Of a DNA stretch of 64,000 bases, positions 13,946 through 27,319 are shown piece by piece. A program made the translations under genes and the position numbers. The stretch's first letter is position 1; each line of letters opens with the position of its first letter. This DNA is from Paraspadella gotoi (lineage: Eukaryota > Animalia > Chaetognatha), in contig CM119267.1 of assembly GCA_051294375.1 (NCBI GenBank), forward strand, positions 18,695,439 through 18,759,438. The letters run 5' to 3'. The notes under the pieces were generated by a model. It made no database searches. It worked only from the letters and a program-made list of their open reading frames with translations, and was not told the origin of the DNA.

Positions 13946-14810
13946 TAACATTTCAGTAGCTCTATTTAGTAAAATATTTGACTAAAAGATTCGATACAGA
14001 TAATCCGATTACTAGGAGAATAACTGAAATCACATGGAATCCCACGGTCTTTGAATTGGATTGCAATCGGTCGTACAGATCGACGTCATGAACTAATCTC
14101 GCGACTTGTCACTCGGAAATACGTTCATTCCGAAGATGTTAAGCGCCAGGGGATAATGTTCGATTTATACTGACCATCTTTAACAAATCGAGGGAAAGAA
14201 AATAAAGGGCGTAAGTAAATAAATAAGTAAATATCGCGAGGCAAAATTTTTTGCTCGAAAATCTGTTTAGACTCAAATACAGTGATTTTTACTCTATTAA
14301 TCAAAATTAATCTTTGAGTATCCTATTTTACAAGGCGTAGACCAAAAAATATAAGCCAAATAAAAAAAAAATAAATGTCGCAGAATCCCCGTGTTTATCC
14401 ACCCAGGGTTTTAACGTTCCCTCGTTCCGAGAGAAGACTTCCGTCCATTTCCAAAGCCGTTGCCCTGATTTCTAACAATGGGGTGCCACGGGGTGCGGGG
14501 CGGTGGTGGGTGAGAGTGAAGAAGGAAATCAGTGAATCGAAACGAAACTGGAGGAAAAGGAATAACATTCACTCTCTCACAAAAGAAAAAAAAAAAGGAG
14601 ATTAAAAAAAGAAAGGAAGCTGCAATCTCTTTGATTTCTCGTCCTCGATCTCGTTTCGCGATGGGAAAGGGAAAATTGGTTTCTTTTGTATTTACGTTTT
14701 GCTCCGATGAATTTTTGTAATTTTTTTTTTTTACTATTATCAATTAACAATCAAACAAAATCAAGCAACGGAAAAAATAACATTGTTATGAAGTCGCCAG
14801 ACGCGACTCG

Positions 14811-14875
<65 letters not shown>

Positions 14876-14923
14876 CATTTGAAATTCCAATCAATTCGCC
14901 CGCTGCTCTTTTGTCCTCCTCAG

Positions 14924-15246
14924 TTTCGCCGACGGCGAAGAATCCAGCGCCACCTGGTGATCCGCGGCAGGGGCAGGGGACGAAGGAGGCGCTGGGGGCG
15001 GAAGGGAGGCGGGCGACGTCTGTGAGGGCGTCGTCGTCGTCGTCATCGTCTCTCGCCTGGAAAGACGACCTGGCCTGGAGAGAGTTGGAGGCGATGGCGC
15101 GAGGCGATGGCCACGCCCACCGGGAACGCGGAAAATCGCGTCAAAATCACCGTCTATGGAACGATCACCGACAGCGCCATCTACGTCAAAAGGAAAATCA
15201 ACGTCTGCGCCACGAACTGCGCCATAGTTACGACGAACGCCCGCAG
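14924..15246 (+). CDS. Candidate coding exon (low complexity, VSPTAKNPAPP...SYDERPQ)
   Basis: Pyrimidine tract plus cag acceptor, CAG|gtgaga donor, one fully open frame, GC-rich relative to flanks. Confidence 0.5.
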
Positions 15247-15380
15247 GTGAGAGAGGGAAGCGAAAAAAAATTTGAAAAAAAAAGAACAAATATAAAAAGA
15301 CTCGCATGAAATCGATTTTCGTCCTCAAGTACGTCCTCCTGGTACGCGGTCGACGACTGGCGATAAACATCTCTTTGCCT

Positions 15381-15437
<57 letters not shown>

Positions 15438-15755
15438 ACTTACTACGTTTACCTACTTGGCGCGGATTTTAGTTTACAGAAAAGAGAAAAAAGCATGCGC
15501 AAAGGTGATAAATCTCTCACAATGACCCTTGAGGCGGCACCACTCTCTTCTTTTTTCAAACCGGAATTGTTGTGATGCGAACATCTATCAGCTATCGTAG
15601 AAAAAACTTTCATTAATGCTCTCCTCTCTTCTCGCCCACGCACCGTCGAGCTCCTCCGGCTTAGAGCGTATTTCCCCTCTCTTCTCTCTCTCTCTCTCTC
15701 TCTCTTTATTGACCTTACCTGGTCGCCCTCACCTCTGACCCAGACCTCCCTCCAG

Positions 15756-15850
15756 GCTTCGGGTCGGAGTCACCTGGCGCCGGCGTCGCGACCAAAAGCG
15801 ACTCCGGGAGAGACCGGCGGCGTCAGGGGAGAAGGATCGAGTTTTATTAA
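15756..15850 (+). CDS. Candidate exon (ASGRSHLAPASRPKATPGETGGVRGEGSSFI)
   Basis: ctccctccag acceptor. Phase 0 to 2 would bridge exons 14924-15246 and 16505-16744, but the donor gtcgac is weak. Confidence 0.25.
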
Positions 15851-16060
15851 GTCGACCCCAGATTTAGTAGAGGAAAAAGGAAAATGGAGGGAAGAGTGTG
15901 AAAAAAAGGAAGGAAATAAGGAAAAGAAAGAAAGGAGAAAAGAAAATCACGGAGGTAATGAAAGGAAAAATGAAAAGGAAAGGAAAGAAAATATACGCAG
16001 TCGGAAAGAAGACAAAAAAGAAGAGGAAAGGAAGGAATGAATTAATTATCAAAATTGGGA

Positions 16061-16156
16061 GGAAGGGGTGGGAAGTGATAAGAAGGAAGGGGAGGGAAGT
16101 GATAAGAAGGAAGGGGAGGGAAGTGATAAGAAGGAAGGGGTGGGAAGTGATAAGAA
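16061..16156 (+). repeat. 24-bp tandem x4 (GGAAGGGGWGGGAAGTGATAAGAA)
   Basis: Four units read directly. Confidence 0.9.
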
Positions 16157-16504
16157 GCGATAGAAAGGAAAAATAAAAGATAAGTAAAATAGAAAAGCAA
16201 AGAGAAAATTGGCGTTGAATAGGAAAATAAAAAAAAAATTAATAAATAATTCGAAGATCATACAAAGTAAGGATAAAATGAATAAAGAATAGATAAACAA
16301 ACAAACAAAAAATAGAATCGATAAAAAAGGGGGAAAAAAAATTGAAACAAGAATTGATCCTTAGTTGAGGCGGAACTTCGCGGGATGGGATGGGGAAGAG
16401 GGGGGGGGAAAAGGGGAAAATTCAATTTTTCCTCGTTTTTTCCCTCCGACGAAATCTCATAACTTCTTTTTTTTTTCTCTCTCTTCTTTTCTTTCTTTTC
16501 CCAG

Positions 16505-16744
16505 AATTCTCCCTTCTCTCCATTCCATTGACACTCCAGCAACTCCGTCGCACTTCGGACTCGTCGCACCTACCACTCCAGCCGCCCCCGCCACTCCTTC
16601 GTCCACCGCCGCTCCGGCGAGGTGGTCCTCATCCGTCCTGTACCTTCCGGCGGCCGACGTGACGCCGGAAGACCGGACATCGCCGGAAATGCCGCCGTTC
16701 ATCCCCAGTCTGGGCGTGACGAGAGCGACCACGCCCGCGCCGAG
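16505..16744 (+). CDS. Candidate Pro/Thr/Ser-rich (mucin-like) exon
   Basis: Long polypyrimidine tract plus cccag, AG|gtgagg donor, open frame ILPSLHSIDTPATPSHFGLVAPTTPAAP...TTPAP, phase 2-2. Confidence 0.6.
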
Positions 16745-17529
16745 GTGAGGACGGGGTGGAGAGAGAGTGGTGGGTGAGGAGCCGGAATTGGGTGAGGCGA
16801 GTGGGTGGGGCTGGTAGAAGGTTGTTGGATGAGGAAATTGTGGAGGGGTCCTGGGTTTTGGAACCGGGCTCGGACTAGAACCTAAATCTAAATTTAGATT
16901 TTGACAAAAACCTTCAAAATATGATCAGATCCATATTTACTAAAAATTAGATACCCAACCGGTCAAGTATTCTCAAAAGGTTAGTAATAAAAATCGAGTA
17001 ACTCGAATATGCAAATGAGATTAATGGGTCGTCGTATGGTTGAATACGACTCCAAGGTGGGTTCCTGGTTGGTATTGATCCCGGTACCTGAGGGTCGTAC
17101 AACGATGCCTTTCCTCAATGATCCTCCGGTCCTATGGGCGACAACCATAGGCTGGGTGACCTTTGCAATATTCGCTACAAGATGGGTTGGTGGGGATTGT
17201 AGATGGTTATGAAGATGGGAGGGGAAGATTGGAGACCGAAGACTGAAGAAGAGGTCTTTTTCGAGAATCGGATGAATATGAATGGAAACAAGAATTCGAA
17301 ATGGCAAAAAAGGAACAAAATGTAAAAACAAAAAAAATGGTAAAGCGAAAAAAAGAAGGAAATCAGCGAAGATAAAGAAACTTCTACTTCGCCGCCTCCC
17401 ATAAACCTCCCCTCCAAGTCTCTCGATTTTTCGCGCTTCTGAGAATTATGCAGGGTCAGGCGCCAGCCTCCAATAAAAAAAGTGACTTTTGTAGGACCGG
17501 CGTGCGCAAAGCGTTGGCGCCTTTTCTAG

Positions 17530-18075
17530 AACGACGACGAACGAAGAACGAACGACGACGATAGAGACAAACCATGACGAGGACGACCGACGACGATAAG
17601 AGACAAACTCATGAGCGACGACGACGACGACGATAAAAGAGACAACCATGACGGACGGACGACGACGACGAAGACAAACCATGAAGACGGGAGGACGAAT
17701 AGAGACAAACCATCGGACGGAGAGCGATGAGACAAACTGACGACGACAACGACGACCGACGACATAGAGACAAAACCATGAAGCGACGGACGCATAGAGA
17801 CAAACCATGAACCGACGACGACGACGACGATAGAGACAAACCATGACGGGACGACGACGACGACGATAGAGACAAACCATAGAAACGGACGACGGACGAC
17901 ATACGACATAGCCATGACAAAGACCATAGCACGTAACGACGACGATTCGAACGACGACAACGCGAACAACGACGAACGATAGAGAACAAACATGACGGAC
18001 GACCAAGCACAACGACTAACGACGACGATGTCGAACGACGACTAACGACGAACCAACGAACGACGATAGAGACGA
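17530..18075 (+). repeat. Degenerate minisatellite, about 30-36 bp, (GAC)n-GATAGAGACAAACCAT
   Basis: About 10 recurrences of gatagagacaaaccat separated by GAC runs. Confidence 0.85.
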
Positions 18076-18422
18076 AGCATAAGCAGCGAAAGACGTGCCT
18101 GATGCCCAGAGGCCGAAGGAGTCACTTCTGTTCTCACGTGATTATTTTTTTTTTTCCACTGATGTCACTTTTTTTTCCTTTTGTTGTTGTTGTTGTTGTT
18201 GTTGTTTCGCTCTTCATTGAAATGAATTTCTTTAAGACTTTATACCCGGATACAAATTTTTGTTCGGAGTTTTCTCTTTTTGCNNNNNNNNNNNNNNNNN
18301 NNNNNNNNNNNNNNNNNNNNNNNNNNNNNNNNNNNNNNNNNNNNNNNNNNNNNNNNNNNNNNNNNNNNNNNNNNNNNNNNNNNNNNNNNNNNNNNNNNNN
18401 NNNNNNNNNNNNNNNNNNNNNN

Positions 18423-18455
<33 letters not shown>

Positions 18456-19510
18456 AGAAAGAGAAGTTGGAGGGAAGGAGGAGGGGATGGAGCAACGGAG
18501 AGAGTGAAGAATTGAGCCAACGTTAGAATTAACTGAAAGAGGGAGGGAGTAAGGGAGAGAGTAAAGGAGAGAGTAAGGGAGGGAGTAAGGGAGGGAGGAA
18601 AAAAAGGGAGGACAGAGAGAAGGANNNNNNNNNNNNNNNNNNNNNNNNNNNNNNNNNNNNNNNNNNNNNNNNNNNNNNNNNNNNNNNNNNNNNNNNNNNN
18701 NNNNNNNNNNNNNNNNNNNNNNNNNNNNNNNNNNNNNNNNNNNNNNNNNNNNNNNNNNNNNNNNNNNNNNNNNNNNNNNNNNNNNNNNNNNNNNNNNNNN
18801 NNNNNNNNNNNNNNNNNNNNNNNNNNNNNNNNNNNNNNNNNNNNNNNNNNNNNNNNNNNNNNNNNNNNNNNNNNNNNNNNNNNNNCAGGAGGGAGGGAGA
18901 AAAGGAGGAAGGGGGAAAATGAGGAAAGGAAAAAAGGAGAGATGGAGTAAGGGAGGAAGAGGAATAGGAGAAGAAAAGAAAAAGGGAAAAGAAAAAAGGG
19001 AGGAAGGAAAAAAAATAGATGGAGTAAGGGAGGAAGAGGAATAGGAGAAGAAAAGAAAAAGGGAAAAGAAAAAAGGGAGGAAGGAGAAAAGGAGAAATGG
19101 AAGAGGAAAGAGGAAAGAGGAGGAAGGAGAAATGGAGGGAGTAAGGGAGGAAAGGAAAGAAAGCGTCTTAGACGCGGATTTCTTTTATCAATCGTCTCCA
19201 AAGGAAAAGAGAAAGTGTCATCTCGAATGTTCCCAAAAAAAATAATATTAAGTGAATAATAAAAAAGTACACGATGGGAAACTTCTGTCTGCCTTTATCA
19301 GTTTTTCTTGGTTTCTATTTAAAAAAAAAATCCTTCACGTCATCATTCTCACGTATTTACATATTTACAAATTTACATAATTGCATATTTGCATAGTTTT
19401 GCATGTATACGTATTGAATTTGAAAAGTAAAGAGAAAAAAAACAAGAAAAAAAGAAATTGAAAAGAACTTTTTTTTCTTTTTTTCTTTTTTTTTCTTTCC
19501 TTCGTCTCAG

Positions 19511-19573
19511 ATTTCTGGCGGCGATTGTAAAAGACAGGAAAAGACGCAAGGGCGAGAGGGTTGCCTCTGTTAA
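19511..19573 (+). CDS. Candidate exon (FLAAIVKDRKRRKGERVASV)
   Basis: Strong T-rich acceptor ctcag, donor AA|gtaggt, phase 2-2 in frame with 16505-16744. Confidence 0.45.
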   Translation: MSGGDCKRQEKTQGREGCLC

Positions 19574-19575
19574 GT

Positions 19576-19626
<51 letters not shown>

Positions 19627-21463
19627 ATCTCTCTCTCACTTCCCTTTATTCTCAAGAAAAGCAAGTGGAAGGAAAGGGCCGAAGGTCGCGGGACTAGGTG
19701 GCGCTGCGAATCGAGTTTCTCTCCTTCAAACGGAAAAGAGAAACAAAAGGCCTCATCGATGTTGATGGGAAGGACGGTGGTTCCTGATTAACACTCACAA
19801 CAAATTCTTTGTTTTCTAAACAAAACGAAAATCCCACTAACAAATAAACAAACAGAAAAACCAACAAAAAAAAGTTGATATTTGTAAAAGACGCTTATGG
19901 TTCTTGTACTTACATTTTCGAGAATTGAGAAACGACATAAATTTTATTGTAGTTAACTAAAAAACTTTTGTAATGCAAAAAATAGGAAGATCGGAATATA
20001 TATAGTAAAAATGGAGTTTGATCAATATTGATGATGTTACCCGTAGAAGAGGAAAGATTTTTTTTTCCTAAAAAATTACGAGCAAATAAGATGGACAACA
20101 AAAGACAACCATTATGACGCCATCTTTGCTACTAACTTATAAATAAGAACGCCATAACAGATATAAATAACTCCTCAAAAGATAGCAAAAAGAAACTGTT
20201 TTATTGAGGCGGGGGAAAAAAATTAAAGAAAAAAGTTAGTTATTATTAAAACGTAAAAAAAAAATAAAAACGACGGAAAGACATTTTCCCGGGGAACAAT
20301 TGGCCGCAGAAAGTCTGGCGGCTTAGGAAAAGGATATAAACGCGAAATGGGAAAAAAAAGTGAAAAGAGAGAGAGAGAGAAATAAAAATTGGGAAGAAAG
20401 AAAAGAAAAAGAAGGTGAAAGGAACACGTTAGACAGGCGGAAGTAAAGCGGCGGGAAGTCTTGACCGAGGGGCGTGTTAGCGGAGCGCTGCGGGGGCGCC
20501 GTTTCTAGGAGCTCCATTTCTTTTTAACCCTGGCATTAATCGAAAGATTCCGGAGGAGATATAGGGGACGAGGTTTATCAAGCGAGAAGAAAATGTCGCT
20601 GATGTTGAGGGGAAAGTTTTCCTCGCAGAGCGATGGAGGTAAGCGAAGACGTCCCTGGAAGGGAATTGAGATGAAGAAACGTCTGACGGAGAAGAGACGC
20701 AGAATCGCGAGGCTTCCATCTTTTTTCGCTGATGATCGAGCCAGCTTTTTTTTTTTTGGCCGATGATGATCGAGAAGCTTTCGTTTGGCCATTTCGACTA
20801 TTAAGGGTGGACCTGGCCATTGGCCAATTGGCCATGGCCTGAATGAGAGAATGGCGGTAGGAAAGAAAGAAGAAGAAAGAAAAAGAAAAGGTATGGCTAT
20901 AAAATAAATGACTGGCTATAAAAATGATTACAAATCATCAATTTAGAATTCAACGTCGTAAGAAAAAAAAAAAGACGCGAACTTATTTCTGATTTCAAGA
21001 GTAAAAAGAAAAAAAAACCCTTTTATGAATATCAAACGGAAAGAGCGAAAACTCGCTTTTTTTCCATTAACGATATTAAATAAACTATACATAGAATATT
21101 AGGAATAGATCCTGTTTCTCTTCATATCTTTGATTCATATATTTTTTTTTCCTTTTTCGAGATAAAAAAAGAAAAAGAAAAGAAAAATGAGACGCATCCA
21201 ATTGTCTTGATTTGCAGTCTTCGTTAATCTCCGATCTTTTCTTTCTTTCGCTAATCGTTTTTTTTTTTCTCTCGAGAACAAAAACGATTAATTTTCGAGT
21301 CGGCGTTCGAAGACTCGGGTCTTAGACTTAGGGTTTGAGATGAGTACAGTGATGATTCCATTATTACTCAGCCATTTTAAACTTAGGGTGACGAAATTGT
21401 TACTTAAAAACTGACAAATTTCCCTACTACCGTCCCAATTTCAAACTAATTTGTTTTAAATAG

Positions 21464-21652
21464 CTTTTTGCTCTTCGCAATTAATTTCCGACAACCGGGG
21501 CCAATTAAGGCGCCAACTCTTGCTCTGGCCATCATCGCCACCATCTGCAACGGAGGCGCCAACTCGGTCTCCGAGCGAACCCTAGATTTCAGTTCCATCC
21601 GGGTTTGGCTCCAGTTCTCCGCCACCGATCCCCCCTCTTCCGTCTCGCTTTC
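21464..21652 (+). CDS. Candidate exon truncated by gap (FLLFAINFRQPGPIKAPTLALAIIATICNGG...)
   Basis: tttaaatag acceptor in phase 2 and open into the gap. The antisense frame is also open, so the strand is uncertain. Confidence 0.25.
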
Positions 21653-22002
21653 NNNNNNNNNNNNNNNNNNNNNNNNNNNNNNNNNNNNNNNNNNNNNNNN
21701 NNNNNNNNNNNNNNNNNNNNNNNNNNNNNNNNNNNNNNNNNNNNNNNNNNNNNNNNNNNNNNNNNNNNNNNNNNNNNNNNNNNNNNNNNNNNNNNNNNNN
21801 NNNNNNNNNNNNNNNNNNNNNNNNNNNNNNNNNNNNNNNNNNNNNNNNNNNNNNNNNNNNNNNNNNNNNNNNNNNNNNNNNNNNNTCTCGTTCCTCACCG
21901 GACGTCGGATCTCATTTGTTCTCTCGTTGCGGATTTTTACCTGTCGGTCTGTCGGTCTCTCATCGTCGGTCTGTCTAACTACTATGAGTTTGCTTATAAG
22001 TC

Positions 22003-22113
<111 letters not shown>

Positions 22114-23088
22114 TCTCCTCTTTTTCCACGTCTCTTAAAATTTCCAGGTTTCAATGTTTACTGACCCAGAAAAATTCTTGGCTCTTGACGACGACGACGC
22201 CAACAACAAATAAAAACAAGAAGAACCGCGCCAAAGTTTTGGTCATTCCGGAGCCTCGAGTTTGAACAGGTTCCTCGATGGTCCCTCAAGACCGNNNNNN
22301 NNNNNNNNNNNNNNNNNNNNNNNNNNNNNNNNNNNNNNNNNNNNNNNNNNNNNNNNNNNNNNNNNNNNNNNNNNNNNNNNNNNNNNNNNNNNNNNNNNNN
22401 NNNNNNNNNNNNNNNNNNNNNNNNNNNNNNNNNNNNNNNNNNNNNNNNNNNNNNNNNNNNNNNNNNNNNNNNNNNNNNNNNNNNNNNNNNNNNNNNNNNN
22501 NTTCTGAATATCAATCTCGCGCCTTCTCCTGTTCTCTTTCTCTCGCTTTTCTATCGTTTACTCACTAACTCTGAAAAGGCAAAATATCACTACTGAAGAA
22601 TACAAAACAGAAATAAAACATTTAATCTACCCATTTTGCTTGATAGCTTAGAATATAATGTCCTGAATATAATATATACATATTTGGTTCACCATTTTTA
22701 TCTGTTCTTGTCACATCTTGACAAATCCCAGTGCAATGCCAGGTTATTTTTTCTCGTAACGTGAACTTTGGTCACGAACCTTTCAAAGTTCCAAACGACT
22801 GGAGATCAAATGATGGCAATAAGGTCTTTCGGCGACGGTGCCAACGAAGGTCACGTGGTGAGGGGGGGGGAAAGCGTACGTAAATACGCAGTGTTTACTT
22901 TTACGAAAGAAGTAGAAAGAAAAAAAAAAGAGAAAAATGAAACGTTTTTTCTTAGTAGTGGTATATTAAGTTACAATCCTAACGAGACTCCAAAATTGCA
23001 AATACAGCATTTCGAATTTAATCTGAAAGAAAATTGTCGGGAAAAGATTCGGTGGAAAGTGCGAGTGAACTCTTTCGACTGACGGATA

Positions 23089-23089
<1 letters not shown>

Positions 23090-23138
<49 letters not shown>
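23090..23138 (+). repeat. (GAC)n microsatellite inside an acidic/basic ORF
   Basis: About 16 GAC units; no clear splice sites. Confidence 0.85.
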
Positions 23139-24628
23139 TTTGATGATGTCAGGAAAAAATCAAAGATAAAAAAAAAAGATATAAAAGAGAAAACACCTGA
23201 AGAAAACAACGCCGCAGCTGTGATCGAAGAGAAGCGTGAAAACGAAGCATTAAAAAGTGATAAAGTGATGAGGCTGATTTTAATAAAAAGTTAATTAAAA
23301 AATAACAAAGTTGAGAAATGACATGAAAACATATAAAAAAATAACGAAGCTTCAATGAACTTAATGAGTTAAATAACTAAAAAACCTATGTTTAAATGAA
23401 TACGGTTAAGAAAAACTGGGTAAGTATAGGTAAAAATATAAAGAAACAAAAATAAACCGATGAAAAAAACTAAATCTGAATATCGAGAAAAATGCCAATA
23501 TTATTAAGCCGAAGTAGAAGCACATGCGAAGACTTTAAAGTAATTATATTTAATAAAAAAAGATATAAAACACAATAAAGAACAACAAGGACGACGACCT
23601 GGGGAAAGAAAAATTAATGACGACAACGACAGCGACGAGGATTCATGGCGATGATCTTTCCCGGATTGGCCTCTCAACGCTCGGGGTCTGACCCACTGAC
23701 ACTAATTCGCGCCGTCCAGCGCCGGCGTCATTTATCGCCTCGCAGTCCGACGCCATCTTGTTTTCGGCGCCCCGTCGTTCTGGCGCTCTCCAAGTCCGGC
23801 ACCGGGCGTCAGCGGTGTCACTCTTGACAGATTTCTTTTTTTTCCTTTTTTTTTTCCCCTCAAGTTTCTTTCGATCTGAGACGCAAAATCTCCTTGGAGC
23901 ATTTCCAGGAGACGCCATTCCGCTATACTTCTCTCCGTTTCTTGTCTATCCTAATCTCTCTACTATATTCCTCAGTTAACTGAATAAAATATATTTCGCC
24001 TTTGTCTTGGGGAAGTAAAACATCTTTTATGTTGAGCTCGAGGACAAATTTAGAGAGAGAGAGAGAGAGAGAGAGATATCCACCCGCCCCCCTCTCCCCC
24101 CCTCTCCGTCTCTCACGGCCTTAATCCCTCAATTATTCACATTTCCGCTCAGATCGCCTTTTTATGCTTTTATGCCCCCGAACCATTTCGCCTTTTTATT
24201 CCACGGTCTCTCTTTCTCTCTCTCTCGTCGCTTATTCTCCTTCGGCTTACGTTTTGAAGATAAGTTTCTCCGTCCACGAGTAGATAAGATTCTCGGCTAT
24301 TCGAAACATGTTCATTTCGAATTGTGTTTTTTTGTTTTGTTTTTTTTTTGTTTTTGGGTCTNNNNNNNNNNNNNNNNNNNNNNNNNNNNNNNNNNNNNNN
24401 NNNNNNNNNNNNNNNNNNNNNNNNNNNNNNNNNNNNNNNNNNNNNNNNNNNNNNNNNNNNNNNNNNNNNNNNNNNNNNNNNNNNNNNNNNNNNNNNNNNN
24501 NNNNNNNNNNNNNNNNNNNNNNNNNNNNNNNNNNNNNNNNNNNNNNNNNNNNNNNNNNNNNNNNNNNNNNNNNNNNNNNNNNNNNNNNNNNNNNNNNNNN
24601 NNNNNNNNNNNNNNNNNNNNNNNNNNNN

Positions 24629-24662
<34 letters not shown>

Positions 24663-24938
24663 ATATTCCCGCTTTATGTCTGGCCGTTCTTCTTCGGATC
24701 TTCCTCTTCCCATAAAACAAGTATTGGATCACAATAAAATACCTGAATTGACTACTTCGAACCATTTGGGGTTAAAGGGAGTCCTTGTCGAACTCGTCTC
24801 TCCCTCTCTCTCTCTCTCTCTCCCTCTCCTAGTCCTTATATCGTGTTTCCCCCTCATTTCCTCTCACTCCTATCTCTCTCCCTCTCGCTCGCTATCGCGA
24901 GTTCTCTCACGCTCTCCACGGCCCGAATAATACGTGTC

Positions 24939-25008
24939 AGGACCGGGTCTCGAACCCAGGACCGTTTCGGGTCGAGGATCGCGAACGCCTCACCTCCTCG
25001 CCCGACGG
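24939..25008 (-). mobile_element. tRNA-derived sequence (degenerate SINE head or tRNA pseudogene)
   Basis: Minus strand has an A-box-like GGCGAGGAGG and a T-arm CTGGG-TTCGAGA-CCCGG; no acceptor stem. Confidence 0.4.
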
Positions 25009-25080
25009 AATCTCCAGAAATGGGAGAGCGGGGAACGAAAAGAGTTCAAAGGGCATCTTTATTCTCGAAGGATATATAGG

Positions 25081-25142
25081 GTGATGTAAAGAGTGACATA
25101 AAAGGTGACATAAAATGCGATATAAAAGGTGACATAAAAGGT
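25081..25142 (+). repeat. 12-bp tandem (GTGACATAAAAG)n entering a gap
   Basis: Five units visible. Confidence 0.85.
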
Positions 25143-25948
25143 NNNNNNNNNNNNNNNNNNNNNNNNNNNNNNNNNNNNNNNNNNNNNNNNNNNNNNNNNN
25201 NNNNNNNNNNNNNNNNNNNNNNNNNNNNNNNNNNNNNNNNNNNNNNNNNNNNNNNNNNNNNNNNNNNNNNNNNNNNNNNNNNNNNNNNNNNNNNNNNNNN
25301 NNNNNNNNNNNNNNNNNNNNNNNNNNNNNNNNNNNNNNNNNNNNNNNNNNNNNNNNNNNNNNNNNNNNNNNNNNNNNNNNNNNNNNNNNNNNNNNNNNNN
25401 GGGGAACAAAAGTCGACGGCTTTAAATGGGTTTTAAAAAAAAGTTTTACTGGGAAAAACCAGAGACGTGACGCCGTGACGGTGAGACTGGCTTCACGATG
25501 GCGTGAAAAAAAAGCTCGAGAGTATTCTTTCGTGGAAAAGAGAAAGTTGGCGTCGTTTGGAATATTCGAGTGAGTCTTGGAAGAAGAGGTTCATTCTTAT
25601 AGTTTTTGATTGTTTGGTATCTCTTTTTCAAATGAAATAACAATTAAAACTTACTCGAGAATGGTTAATCTTGTCAAATCAAAGATGATAATTAAGTTGG
25701 AAGAATGTTTTATTTCAAATTTTTAAAAAAAAATGTGGAATAAGGATGACAACGACGACGAAAATATGTATCGGTGACGTCAGGAGAGATGCTTAATGCT
25801 TATGCCAAAATGGTTTTCCCCCTGACGAGTGACGAGGTTAAAAAAGAAAAGGCGACGACCTTTCGCGACCGAAGACGTGACTGGAATCAAAGGAGAGGGA
25901 GACACGAAGACAAAAAAAGGTGTTTATGTCGGAAGAAGGACAAAAAAA

Positions 25949-26124
25949 ATAGGGCAGGATAAAGGAAGAGAAAGGAAAGAAAAGAAAATGAGGACGGGAG
26001 GAAAATGGTTGGAAGACGAGAAGAAAGGAAGGGAAAAAAAATAGGGCAGGATATAGGAAGAGAAAGGAAAGAAAAGAAAATGAGGACGGGAGGAAAATGG
26101 TTGGAAGACGAGAAGAAAGGAAGG
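25949..26124 (+). repeat. 92-bp purine-rich tandem duplication
   Basis: atagggcaggat...gaagaaaggaagg at 25949 and 26041. Confidence 0.85.
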
Positions 26125-27319
26125 AACAAAAAACCGGAAAAATATGTAAGCAGGGGAAAGTAAACAAAAGAAAATGAAATAGGAAGGAAGAGAGAGAGAG
26201 AAAAGAGAGAGAGAGAAGAAAGGAAGAACGAAAAGTAGGAAAAAAAAAGGAAAGGAATCGGTAAAAATTAAGGTGGAAAAAATAATATCACGAGAAAAGT
26301 AGAAAAAATGAAGAAAATACGGTAAAAAAGGAAAATCAAGTCAATTAGACGACGAGCCGGTTTAGAACACAACATCGTTGGCGGCAACAATCACCTAGCA
26401 ACGACAACTCGTTTCCAGGTCGTCGTCCAGGAAAAAAGAAATGAGGAAAAAAAAACGAGAAAAGAAAAGAAGTGATTTGCATAGCAGAGCCTCGTGTCAA
26501 AACCTAATTTCACGGGAGTGACGCTGCCGTTGCATGGATTTCACCGACGCAGGGCGCGTCCGGACACGCGGACTGACGCGGCAGGAACGTCCGCTGCCCG
26601 AAATTCAAGCAGTTGGGGGGGAGGAGGTCAAGTGGTGCCGGGCTCAGTTTTTCTCCAAATCTCTACTTTTTTTCTCACTTGACGATTTTGTCCTTTAATT
26701 TTTTTTTATTTTTTCAAGATTTTTTTTTTTCGTCTTATCTTTTTTTTTTTTCAAAAAACTTAAAATTACCGAACCGTTCTCGCATTTTCAGTTTCAATAA
26801 TTGAACAAAAACAATTCGATTCAATTCTCTTTCCAATCTTTTTTCCAATTTCAAGTCCGCGTTCTCCGTCGGACGATCTCTCTCNNNNNNNNNNNNNNNN
26901 NNNNNNNNNAAAACGAGAGAGATGTCTGGGAAACGAAGTCTTGTCTTCAAAGGCGACCGCTAATTGAATCTTTGAGGCGTTCTAGAGCGCCTCCGGTCTT
27001 TTACGGATGCGACGTCGTCATGCCGTCGGGATTTCGTCTTTGATCGTCGTCGTCTCGACGTTCTCGTCTCCATGCATCGTCCGAGATTTTTGACGGAATC
27101 GTCGTGCGGTGTCCCATCGTCTTTGAGTTGATTGGTCAATCATCTTCCCCGTTAGGCCAATACATTTCAGCTGTCATTATTCTGATCCAGTTTTCCATAC
27201 TCTCTGTCGGACCGGTGCTTGGTTGTCATCGCAATGTAGTCCTCCTCCTAAATCGACTTTCTTCTTGTGCGGCGAATGCTTGATTTTTACGCCCACATCC
27301 CTTGTCGCTTCGGTCAATA

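Noticed and set aside
17088-17174. Minus-strand exon NIAKVTQPMVVAHRTGGSLRKGIVVRPS
   Set aside because: Splice sites plausible but weak; no partner exons or recognisable domain.
17530-18075. Repeat-spacer appearance resembling a CRISPR array
   Set aside because: Spacers are GAC runs rather than unique sequences, the context is eukaryotic, and there are no cas genes.
20816-20839. TGGCCA palindromic cluster
   Set aside because: Short slippage-type repeat with no supporting context.
23034-23918. Poly-Asp ORF (+) and 91-aa ORF (-) as exons
   Set aside because: No convincing splice sites or homology.
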